From an uncultured Porphyromonadaceae bacterium (GTDB lineage Bacteria > Bacteroidota > Bacteroidia > Bacteroidales > UBA12481): a stretch of 64,000 nt of DNA. The translations under genes and the position numbers were made by a program. Location of the stretch: the NCBI GenBank assembly GCA_964547475.1, contig CAZJNQ010000005.1, positions 17,041-81,040 of the forward strand, given 5' to 3'. A model generated the notes under the pieces. It worked only from the letters and a program-made list of their open reading frames with translations, had not been told where the DNA came from and made no database searches. Below, piece after piece: positions 56,693 through 64,000 of this stretch. The first letter of the stretch is position 1; each line of letters begins with the position of its first letter.

Positions 56693-59600
56693 TTATCCGC
56701 CGCTGCTGAAATCCAGGGAAGCCATCCGCTGGTAGCTTCTGTGCCTCCATTTGGCATTTTCCTCCGCTGCATTGAACAGGGAATCTGCCACTTCCGGAAA
56801 TGCTTTTTTCAGGGAAGAAAAGCGGACCTCACCGTTCAGGAAGTTTTTAAAGAGTGACCAGTCGGGCTCCTTGGAATCCAGTTCGAAAGGATTCTTGCCT
56901 TCAGTCTCGAGCATCGGGTTGTACCGGTACAACGACCAGTAACCGCTGTTCACGGCCTGTTCTGCTTCAAACTGCGATTGTCCCATGCCGTTTTTCAGAC
57001 CATGGTTGATGCAAGGCGCATAAGCGATGATGATTGACGGACCTTTATAGGCTTCGGCCTCTTTGACCGCCTTGAAGAACTGGTTCTGGCTGGAACCCAT
57101 GGCAACCTGGGCTACATAAACATAACCATAGGACATGGCCATCATGCCGAGGTCCTTTTTTCGCACCCGTTTACCTGCAGCAGCGAATTTCGCCACGGCA
57201 GCCAATGGAGTTGATTTTGAAGATTGTCCTCCGGTATTGGAATAAACTTCCGTGTCAAGGACCAGGATATTGACATCTTCTCCCGAGGCAAGTACGTGGT
57301 CAAGCCCGCCGTATCCTATATCATAGGCCCATCCGTCCCCTCCGAAGATCCAGATCGATTTTTTAACCAGGTATTGCTGAAGCGAAAGGACTTCCTTTGC
57401 CACCGGGTGGTTGTCCTTTTTCAAAGCGGCAACGACCTTGTCTGCTGCGGTCTTTGACTGCTCGGCATTATCCTTGCCGGCTATCCACTCCGAGAAAGCT
57501 TCCCGGGTTTCCGGATTCACTTCATTCATGGCATCATTCATCCTTAGGGCAATGCGTTCACGCAACTTGCTGACCCCAAGTGCCATTCCATAACCATATT
57601 CGGCATTATCCTCAAACAGGGAATTGGCCCAGGCAGGTCCTTTTCCCTCCGTATTGGTCGAATAGGGAGTGGACGGGGCGGAACCACCGTAAATGGAGGA
57701 GCAGCCAGTCGCATTGGCAACCATCATCCTTTCCCCATAAAGCTGGGTGATCAGCTTGATATACGGAGTCTCACCGCAACCGGCGCAGGCACCCGAAAAT
57801 TCAAACAAAGGCTGGGCAAACTGGGAATTCTTGACGGTCTTGTCTTTCGGCAGGACCGTGTCCTTGTACCCCACCTTATTGTGCATGTATTCCCACCGCC
57901 CAACCTCAGCCATTTGGGTTCCCAGCGGCTTCATCACCAGGGCTTTCTCCTTGGCGGGGCAAACATCCGCACAGTTGCCGCACCCGGTGCAGTCTAGAAC
58001 GCTGACCTGGATCTTGAACTGGTACTCCTTGGTACCGCCTAATCCTTTCAACGAAACCGTTCCGGCAGGCGCACCTGCCAGTTCGGCTTCGGTCATCAGG
58101 AACGGCCGGATGGCAGCATGAGGACAGACATAGGCGCACTGGTTGCACTGAATGCAGTTGTCAACCTGCCATTCGGGAACATTGACGGCAATACCGCGTT
58201 TCTCATAACGGGTGGTACCTGACGGGAACGTGCCATCCTCCCTGCCCCTGAAGATGCTGACGGGCAGATCGTCCCCCTTTTGGGCATTGATCGGTTCAAC
58301 AACATTCTTGATGAAATCGGGGATGTCCCGCTCATCTTTCACCGTGGACGGGGTAATATTCTTCCATTCAGCCGGGATTTTAACCTCGATGAACTGGGTG
58401 CCTTTATCAACCGCCTGGTAATTCATGTTAACCACATTTTCGCCTTTCAGGCCAAACGATTTCTTGATGGCCCCTTTCATCTGGTTCACGGCCAGGTCAT
58501 AAGGAATGACGTTGGCAATCTTAAAGAACGCCGACTGCATGATCGTGTTGGTCCGTCCACCCAGCCCGATTCCTTCAGCAATCTCGGTAGCATTGATGAT
58601 ATAAAACCGGATATCGTTCTCGGCCATGTATTTCTTCATGCGATCAGGCAGCCGCCGTTTGGTCTCTTCTACATCCCAAATCGAGTTGAAGAGGAAGGTT
58701 CCGCCTTTTTTAAGCCCTTTCAGTACATCATATTTGTTGATATAGGAAGGAACATGGCAGGCCACGAAGTCGGGACTGTTGACCAGGTAAGGTGACCGTA
58801 TGGGTTTGTCTCCGAACCGGAGGTGGGAGGTTGTAAAGCCGCCTGATTTCTTGGAGTCATAGGCAAAATAGGCCTGACAATATTTATCCGTGTTCTCACC
58901 GATGATCTTGATGGAGTTTTTATTGGCCCCGACGGTCCCGTCGGATCCCAGGCCGTAAAACTTGGCCTGGAAAGTCCCTTTGGGAGCCAGGTCGGGTTCC
59001 GGCAACAGGGGAAGCGACTTGAATGTGACATCATCGATGATCCCGATCGTAAAATCATTTTTCGGTTCAGACATCTTGAGATTTTCATAAACCGCAATAA
59101 CCTGGGCCGGAGTGGTATCCTTGGAGCTGAGCCCGTATCTTCCTCCGACTACCAGAGGAGCACCCGGCAGGTTGTAGAAAATACTTCTGACATCGAGGTA
59201 CAAAGGTTCGCCGTTTGCACCGGGTTCCTTGGTGCGGTCAAGGACAGCAATCCGTTTGACCGATTTTGGCATTGCCTTGAAAAAATACTTGGCTGAAAAA
59301 GGCCGGTAGAGGTGGCAGGTCAGCAACCCGACCTTTTCCCCCTTGGCAACAAGATAATCAACCACATCCCGGGTGGTGTCGGTGATGCTGGCCATGGCGA
59401 CAATGATATTCTCTGCATCCGGCGCTCCATAGTAAGTGAAGGGATGATACTCCCTTCCGGTCAGTTTGCCGATCTCCTGCATATATTCCTCCACGATATC
59501 CGGAACTTTTTCATAGTAGGGATTGCAGGCTTCCTTGGCCTGGAAGAAAATATCCGGGTTTTGGGCTGTGCCGCGGGTGACCGGATGCTCGGGATTCAAT

Positions 59601-60223
59601 GCCCGGTTCCGGAACTCTTCAAGGGCTTTATAATCAATAAGTGGTGCAAGAGCTTCCTTATCAAGTACTTCGATTTTCTGAACTTCGGCTGATGAGCGGA
59701 ATCCATCAAAGAAATGGAGGAACGGCACGCGAGATTTTATGGCTGATAAATGAACCACACCTGCCAGGTCCATGATCTCCTGGACGCTGCCCGTGGCCAG
59801 CATGGCAAAACCCGTCTGGCGTGTGGCATATACGTCACCGTGATCACCAAAAATAGATAGGGCATGGGCAGCCACACTGCGCGCACTTACATGGAAAACC
59901 GCCGGCAGAAGCTCACCGGCTATCTTATACATGTTTGGGATCATCAGAAGAAGTCCCTGTGAGGCTGTATAGGTAGTTGTCAACGCACCTGCCTGGAGGC
60001 TGCCATGAACGGCTCCTGAAGCTCCGCCTTCCGACTGCAGTTCGGCTACTTTTACGGTCTCTCCGAAAATATTCTTCCGGCCGTGGGCAGCCCATTCGTC
60101 GATGTTTTCAGCCATCGTGGATGATGGGGTGATGGGATAGATGGCCGCAACTTCGCTGAACATGTAGGCAATGTGTGCAGCAGCATGGTTTCCGTCACAG
60201 GTGATAAATCTCTTTTTTAACAT
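56693..60223 (-). CDS. nifJ: Pyruvate:ferredoxin (flavodoxin) oxidoreductase
   Basis: 1176 aa single-chain PFOR. It has two 4Fe-4S ferredoxin motifs (CIQCNQCAYVCPH, CTGCGNCADVCP) and a TPP-binding region (GGDGWAYDIGYGGLDHV). Confidence 0.96.
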   Translation of the reverse strand: MLKKRFITCDGNHAAAHIAYMFSEVAAIYPITPSSTMAENIDEWAAHGRKNIFGETVKVAELQSEGGASGAVHGSLQAGALTTTYTASQGLLLMIPNMYKIAGELLPAVFHVSARSVAAHALSIFGDHGDVYATRQTGFAMLATGSVQEIMDLAGVVHLSAIKSRVPFLHFFDGFRSSAEVQKIEVLDKEALAPLIDYKALEEFRNRALNPEHPVTRGTAQNPDIFFQAKEACNPYYEKVPDIVEEYMQEIGKLTGREYHPFTYYGAPDAENIIVAMASITDTTRDVVDYLVAKGEKVGLLTCHLYRPFSAKYFFKAMPKSVKRIAVLDRTKEPGANGEPLYLDVRSIFYNLPGAPLVVGGRYGLSSKDTTPAQVIAVYENLKMSEPKNDFTIGIIDDVTFKSLPLLPEPDLAPKGTFQAKFYGLGSDGTVGANKNSIKIIGENTDKYCQAYFAYDSKKSGGFTTSHLRFGDKPIRSPYLVNSPDFVACHVPSYINKYDVLKGLKKGGTFLFNSIWDVEETKRRLPDRMKKYMAENDIRFYIINATEIAEGIGLGGRTNTIMQSAFFKIANVIPYDLAVNQMKGAIKKSFGLKGENVVNMNYQAVDKGTQFIEVKIPAEWKNITPSTVKDERDIPDFIKNVVEPINAQKGDDLPVSIFRGREDGTFPSGTTRYEKRGIAVNVPEWQVDNCIQCNQCAYVCPHAAIRPFLMTEAELAGAPAGTVSLKGLGGTKEYQFKIQVSVLDCTGCGNCADVCPAKEKALVMKPLGTQMAEVGRWEYMHNKVGYKDTVLPKDKTVKNSQFAQPLFEFSGACAGCGETPYIKLITQLYGERMMVANATGCSSIYGGSAPSTPYSTNTEGKGPAWANSLFEDNAEYGYGMALGVSKLRERIALRMNDAMNEVNPETREAFSEWIAGKDNAEQSKTAADKVVAALKKDNHPVAKEVLSLQQYLVKKSIWIFGGDGWAYDIGYGGLDHVLASGEDVNILVLDTEVYSNTGGQSSKSTPLAAVAKFAAAGKRVRKKDLGMMAMSYGYVYVAQVAMGSSQNQFFKAVKEAEAYKGPSIIIAYAPCINHGLKNGMGQSQFEAEQAVNSGYWSLYRYNPMLETEGKNPFELDSKEPDWSLFKNFLNGEVRFSSLKKAFPEVADSLFNAAEENAKWRHRSYQRMASLDFSSGG

Positions 60224-60307
60224 GATGATGATATTTAGTTGAAACGACTCGCTGAAAAGAGGCCGTTAATTTAGCAATTTTCAGGGTAAAAAGCTACCGG
60301 AACGGAA

Positions 60308-60335
60308 CAAAAAAGAACCCCGCCGCGGCGGGGTT
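60308..60335 (-). terminator. Rho-independent terminator after rho
   Basis: The palindrome aaccccgccg|cggcggggtt (60316-60335) is followed on the minus strand by cttttttg. It lies 12 nt past the rho stop. Confidence 0.75.
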
Positions 60336-60346
60336 CAGGGTTAGTT

Positions 60347-62095
60347 CTATTCGCTGTTCATGGAGATCAGGAACTCCTCGTTGGTTCGCGTCCCTGCCAG
60401 TTTGTCCCGCATGAATTCCATGGCTTCCACCGAGTTCATATCCGACAGGAAATTTCTCAGAACCCACATCTTGCTCAGAAAATCCTTGGGATGCAACAGG
60501 TCCTCGCGCCTGGTGCTTGAAGCCTGTATGTCAACAGCCGGCCAAATCCTTTTGTTGGCCAGTTTACGATCAAGCTGCAGTTCCATGTTGCCGGTACCCT
60601 TGAATTCTTCAAAGATCACCTCATCCATCTTGGAACCGGTATCGATCAGGGCGGTGGCCAGGATGGTCAGACTGCCGCCGTTTTCAATGTTACGTGCTGC
60701 CCCGAAAAACCGCTTGGGTTTGTGAAGGGCATTTGCGTCCACCCCACCCGATAGCACCTTGCCTGAAGCCGGCTGAACCGTGTTATAAGCTCTAGCCAAC
60801 CGGGTAATGGAATCCAGGAGGATCACCACATCATGGCCGCATTCAACCAATCTTTTGGCTTTCTCCATAACGATGGCTGCAATGCGTACATGTTTTTCAG
60901 CCGGTTCGTCAAAAGTGCTCGAAATGACCTCTCCGTTGACTCCGCGAGCCATATCTGTGACCTCTTCAGGGCGTTCATCAATGAGGAGAACCATCAGGTA
61001 AACATCAGGATGGTTGGCCGCGATGGCATTGGCTATCTCCTTCAACAAAATGGTTTTACCGGTTTTTGGCTGCGACACGATCAATCCTCTCTGGCCCTTG
61101 CCGATGGGCGAGAACATATCCACGATACGGACCGAAACGGAAGCTTCCGGATGACTGGTAATATCGAATTTCTCATTCGGGAAGAGAGGTGTCAGGTAGT
61201 CAAAGGGAACGCGGTCCCGGACGAATTCCGGATCCCGACCGTTGATGTGCAACACCTTGATCAGGGGAAAGAATTTCTCCCCCTCTTTGGGCGGTCTGAC
61301 GGAACCTGTAATGGTGTCACCGGTTTTCAGGCCGAATAACTTGATCTGGGACTGTGAAACATAGACATCATCGGGAGAGTTCAGGTAATTATAATCTGCC
61401 GACCGGAGAAAACCATATCCCTCCTGCATGATCTCAAGCACGCCCGTACTGATGACAAACCCATCGAAATCATAGGTTTCCGGTTTTTTCTGTTCACCGT
61501 TTTCCCTCGGCTTGGATTCCTCCGGAGGTGTTTCGCGGGGTGGCCTGGGTTCCCAGGTTATTGCCGGTTTGGCGGTGGGTTCCTCTTCATCGCGTTCGTG
61601 GCGGTCATGCCGGCGGAAAGCCGGAGCCGGAACGGGAGGAGTGGAGGCATCAGTGGCTGGTGCAACCGGTGAAGCCTGAGCCGGCTGCGCCGGCGGTGCC
61701 TGCCTGAAAATGGAAGTTTGTGCGGGAGGAGTGGTTTTAATCTCGCTGTTGTCTTCCTCAGGTACAGGCTTGGCTTCCTGGCGAGTGGAGAAGAGTGGTC
61801 CCGGTTCCTTTTTCTCAATGGTAATCCTTTTTCTCGGTCCTTTCGGCTGGACTGCCACCGGTGCCGGTTCATCCGCCTTCCTGGCTTCTGTAGCCGCTTC
61901 TTCCGGTTCCGCAGTCTTGGCTCTGCCGGCCATCTTCCGGCTTTTATTCTCGGCTGCCTGAATGGCCTGCTGATCCAGGATCTGGTAAACCAAATCCTGT
62001 TTCTTATAGGATTCCACCCGTTTTATTTTCAACTCTTTCGCTATATCTCTCAACTCAGTCAGCAACTTATTGTTGAGCTCAAGAATATCATACAT
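60347..62095 (-). CDS. rho: Transcription termination factor Rho with a ~160-aa low-complexity N-terminal insertion
   Basis: 582 aa. It has a Rho_N helix bundle ([22 protein letters not shown]..), a Pro/Ala/Glu/Lys-rich insert and an OB/CSD region ([15 protein letters not shown]). The ATPase core has a P-loop (SQPKTGKT) and ..[10 protein letters not shown]... Confidence 0.95.
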   Translation of the reverse strand: MYDILELNNKLLTELRDIAKELKIKRVESYKKQDLVYQILDQQAIQAAENKSRKMAGRAKTAEPEEAATEARKADEPAPVAVQPKGPRKRITIEKKEPGPLFSTRQEAKPVPEEDNSEIKTTPPAQTSIFRQAPPAQPAQASPVAPATDASTPPVPAPAFRRHDRHERDEEEPTAKPAITWEPRPPRETPPEESKPRENGEQKKPETYDFDGFVISTGVLEIMQEGYGFLRSADYNYLNSPDDVYVSQSQIKLFGLKTGDTITGSVRPPKEGEKFFPLIKVLHINGRDPEFVRDRVPFDYLTPLFPNEKFDITSHPEASVSVRIVDMFSPIGKGQRGLIVSQPKTGKTILLKEIANAIAANHPDVYLMVLLIDERPEEVTDMARGVNGEVISSTFDEPAEKHVRIAAIVMEKAKRLVECGHDVVILLDSITRLARAYNTVQPASGKVLSGGVDANALHKPKRFFGAARNIENGGSLTILATALIDTGSKMDEVIFEEFKGTGNMELQLDRKLANKRIWPAVDIQASSTRREDLLHPKDFLSKMWVLRNFLSDMNSVEAMEFMRDKLAGTRTNEEFLISMNSE

Positions 62096-62192
62096 ATTCA
62101 GATGAATGTTAGAGTGATCACTAAATAGACTGGTATGGGGGAGATTTTCAGATCTTCAAACGATGTATCGGAACAAACTCCGTATTCCTGTC

Positions 62193-62214
62193 AAAAAAAA
62201 CGCGAATGTCGCGT
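62193..62214 (-). terminator. Terminator-like hairpin plus U8 inside the rho 5' leader (candidate attenuator)
   Basis: The minus strand reads ACGCGA-CAT-TCGCGT followed by TTTTTTT. It lies about 100 nt upstream of the rho ATG and just downstream of the candidate -7 box. Confidence 0.4.
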
Positions 62215-62222
62215 AAACGGTG

Positions 62223-62230
62223 CAAATGTA
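62223..62230 (-). promoter_or_regulatory. Candidate -7 box (TAnnTTTG) for rho
   Basis: The minus strand reads TACATTTG, 128 nt upstream of the rho ATG at 62095. Confidence 0.4.
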
Positions 62231-62342
62231 ATACTATTTAAGCATAAAAACAAAAAAACCTGGCTCACTGGTAACCTTTCCGCAACTTTCTGAGAGTAAA
62301 ACCGTAAAGAAAGAAGAGAAAACCCAATAATCACCTGGAGCC

Positions 62343-63206
62343 ATGCGACAATTAAAAATCACACGGCAGGTTACAAACCGCGATCTACCCTCTCTCGATA
62401 AGTACCTGCAGGAAATTGGCCGGGAAGATCTCATCAATCCCAACGAAGAGGTTGACCTGGCCCGCCGGATCCGTGAGGGTGATACGGAAGCGATGGACAA
62501 GCTGGTCCGTGCCAATCTGAGATTTGTGGTATCAGTCAGCAAGCAATATCAAAACCAGGGACTTACATTACCAGACCTGATCAATGAAGGAAACATCGGG
62601 CTGATCAAGGCAGCCGAACGTTTCGACGAAACCAAGGGCTTCAAGTTCATTTCCTACGCAGTCTGGTGGATCAGGCAATCAATCCTGCAGGCTCTGGCCG
62701 AGCAATCCCGCCTCGTCCGGTTGCCACTGAACAAGATCGGTTCCATCAACAAATTGAACCGGACCATCTCCAAACTCGAACAATTGCTGGGAAGGGCCCC
62801 GACAGAAGATGAAGTGGCTGAAGTTTCAGAGGTTGACCGTGAAGATATCAAGAGATCGCTGAACAATAATTCCAGGCATGTATCCATGGATGCACCCCTT
62901 GCCATGGGTGAAGAGACCAACCTTTACGACGTAATCCTGAATGATAATGCCAGCAGTCCCGAAGAAGAACTCCTGACCGAATCACTCCGGACAGAAATCG
63001 AGCGAGCGCTGAAGCACCTGAATGACCGGGAAGCCGAAATCCTGAGGCTCTTTTACGGCCTGAACGGTTACCTTCCCCATTCCCTGGATGAGATCGGGGC
63101 CGATTTCGATCTGACGCGCGAGCGGGTTCGCCAGATCAAGGAGAAAGCCATCCAGAAACTGAAAAGTGTCTCCCGCAACCGCCTGCTCAGGAAATACCTG
63201 GGATGA
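62343..63206 (+). CDS. rpoD: Primary RNA polymerase sigma factor (Bacteroidota short RpoD type)
   Basis: 287 aa: ..LDKYL.EIG...LI...EEV.LA.RI..GD..A...LV.ANLRFVVSVSKQYQNQGL.L.DLI.EGN.GLIKAAE.FDET.GFKFISYAVWWIRQSI. It has a region 4 HTH (..LDEIG..F.LTRERVRQIKEKA). There is no region 1.1 or acidic insert. Confidence 0.92.
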   Translation: MRQLKITRQVTNRDLPSLDKYLQEIGREDLINPNEEVDLARRIREGDTEAMDKLVRANLRFVVSVSKQYQNQGLTLPDLINEGNIGLIKAAERFDETKGFKFISYAVWWIRQSILQALAEQSRLVRLPLNKIGSINKLNRTISKLEQLLGRAPTEDEVAEVSEVDREDIKRSLNNNSRHVSMDAPLAMGEETNLYDVILNDNASSPEEELLTESLRTEIERALKHLNDREAEILRLFYGLNGYLPHSLDEIGADFDLTRERVRQIKEKAIQKLKSVSRNRLLRKYLG

Positions 63207-63247
63207 GGTTGCAGTCCCGATTTATCGGGATCTCCGCTTAGCTGCAA

Positions 63248-63268
63248 GTTGCAGGTTGCAGGTTGCAT
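63248..63268. repeat. Tandem heptamer GTTGCAG x3 (a fourth copy lies at 63208-63214)
   Basis: gttgcag gttgcag gttgcat. It is preceded by ctgcaa, the reverse complement of ttgcag, and by a small hairpin tcccga-ttta-tcggga (63215-63230). Confidence 0.8.
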
Positions 63269-63271
63269 GAG

Positions 63272-63279
63272 TATATTTG
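63272..63279 (+). promoter_or_regulatory. Candidate -7 box (TAnnTTTG) for rpe
   Basis: TATATTTG, 48 nt upstream of the rpe ATG. It is embedded in the AT palindrome agtata-tttg-tatact. Confidence 0.45.
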
Positions 63280-63291
63280 TATACTATTTCT

Positions 63292-63319
63292 TTAGTCTTT
63301 AGTCTTAAGTCTTAAGTCT
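63292..63319. repeat. Tandem heptamer T(T/A)AGTCT x4 in the predicted rpe 5' UTR
   Basis: ttagtct ttagtct taagtct taagtct, ending 8 nt before the rpe ATG. Confidence 0.85.
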
Positions 63320-63326
63320 TCTTCAA

Positions 63327-63992
63327 ATGCCTCACCTGGTTGCAGCTTCGCTTCTCGCCGCTGATTTCGGAAACCTGCAGCGCGATATCACCATGGTCAA
63401 CCACAGCCAGGCCGACTGGTTTCACGTGGATATCATGGACGGCCATTTTGTACCTAATTTCTCAGTCGGGACACCGGTAATCGAAGCCATCCGCAAGCAC
63501 GCGTTGAAACCCCTGGATGTTCATCTCATGGTTGAAAAACCCGAAAGATACATCAACCATTTTGTCTCGCTGGGATCCGATGTTCTGACTATCCATCTCG
63601 AAGCCACCGTTCACGTCAACCGCATCATCAACCAGATCCGCGAATTGGGCATCAAGGCCGGCATCAGCCTGAATCCCCATACTCCCGTCTCACTGCTGGA
63701 GGGCATACTCGGTGATGTCGACCTGGTCCTGATCATGTCGGTCAATCCCGGCTTCGGGGGTCAGAAATTCATTCCCTCAACCCTTGACAAGGTCAGGAAG
63801 CTGAACCTGATGCGGAAAAACTCCGCCTCCGGCTTTCTGATCGAAGTGGATGGCGGCGTGGATGAACAAAATGCCCAATCCCTGGTTGAAGCCGGCGTGG
63901 ATATCCTGGTCGCAGGGCATGCGATATTTTCCTCCCATGATCCGGCCCGGACCATCGGCTTCCTGAAGAATTGCCTGAACCGTGCTGAATAA
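63327..63992 (+). CDS. rpe: Ribulose-phosphate 3-epimerase
   Basis: 221 aa: ..SLL.ADF..L..........AD..H.DIMDG.FVPN...G......I......P.DVHLM...P.., ..MSVNPGFGGQKFI.... Confidence 0.95.
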   Translation: MPHLVAASLLAADFGNLQRDITMVNHSQADWFHVDIMDGHFVPNFSVGTPVIEAIRKHALKPLDVHLMVEKPERYINHFVSLGSDVLTIHLEATVHVNRIINQIRELGIKAGISLNPHTPVSLLEGILGDVDLVLIMSVNPGFGGQKFIPSTLDKVRKLNLMRKNSASGFLIEVDGGVDEQNAQSLVEAGVDILVAGHAIFSSHDPARTIGFLKNCLNRAE

Positions 63993-64000
63993 CAGCCAGA

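Noticed and set aside
63292-63319. Heptamer array considered as a CRISPR or phase-variation frameshift tract.
   Set aside because: The units are 7 nt with no spacers, so it is not a CRISPR array. It lies outside any CDS, so it cannot cause a frameshift. It is kept only as a UTR and promoter-spacing curiosity.

Overview
The window reads as an ordinary chromosomal (core-genome) segment of a Bacteroidota bacterium at roughly 50% GC. This assignment is an inference from gene content: nqrABCDEF plus apbE, a 287-aa primary sigma factor, a Rho with a long N-terminal insertion, a T9SS plug-like protein and a T9SS C-terminal-domain cargo, DUF4199, and recurrent TAnnTTTG -7 promoter boxes. I call about 50 protein genes, mostly housekeeping or central metabolism: alaS, recR, holA, miaA, def, ruvX, rho, rpoD, gap, pckA, nifJ/PFOR, rpe, fsa and the Na+-NQR operon. 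I also call one SRP (4.5S) RNA, several intrinsic terminators and about 17 candidate promoter boxes. I found no rRNA, tRNA, CRISPR array, transposase, integrase or recognisable defence or mobile island. The largest correction to the ORF track is at 1..4035. A 1345-codon minus-strand ORF for a signal-peptide-bearing, highly repetitive surface protein is missing from the track because it runs off the left edge, and the long plus-strand ORFs listed there are its antisense shadows. I cannot point to a clear novel multi-gene system. The best second-look candidates, all of modest confidence, are listed below.
- The giant repeat protein at 1..4035.
- A small Cys-rich membrane ORF convergent with apbE-nqr.
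- An uncharacterised gene coupled to the T9SS plug gene.
- A translationally coupled DUF4199-GT2-methyltransferase-GT2 operon.
- A GT2 fused to a degenerate WbaP-like module.
- A terminator-like hairpin in the rho leader.
- An orphan promoter-to-terminator unit between pckA and nifJ.
- Heptamer microsatellites in the rpoD-rpe spacer.
All family assignments come from motif recognition by eye; no database search was run.
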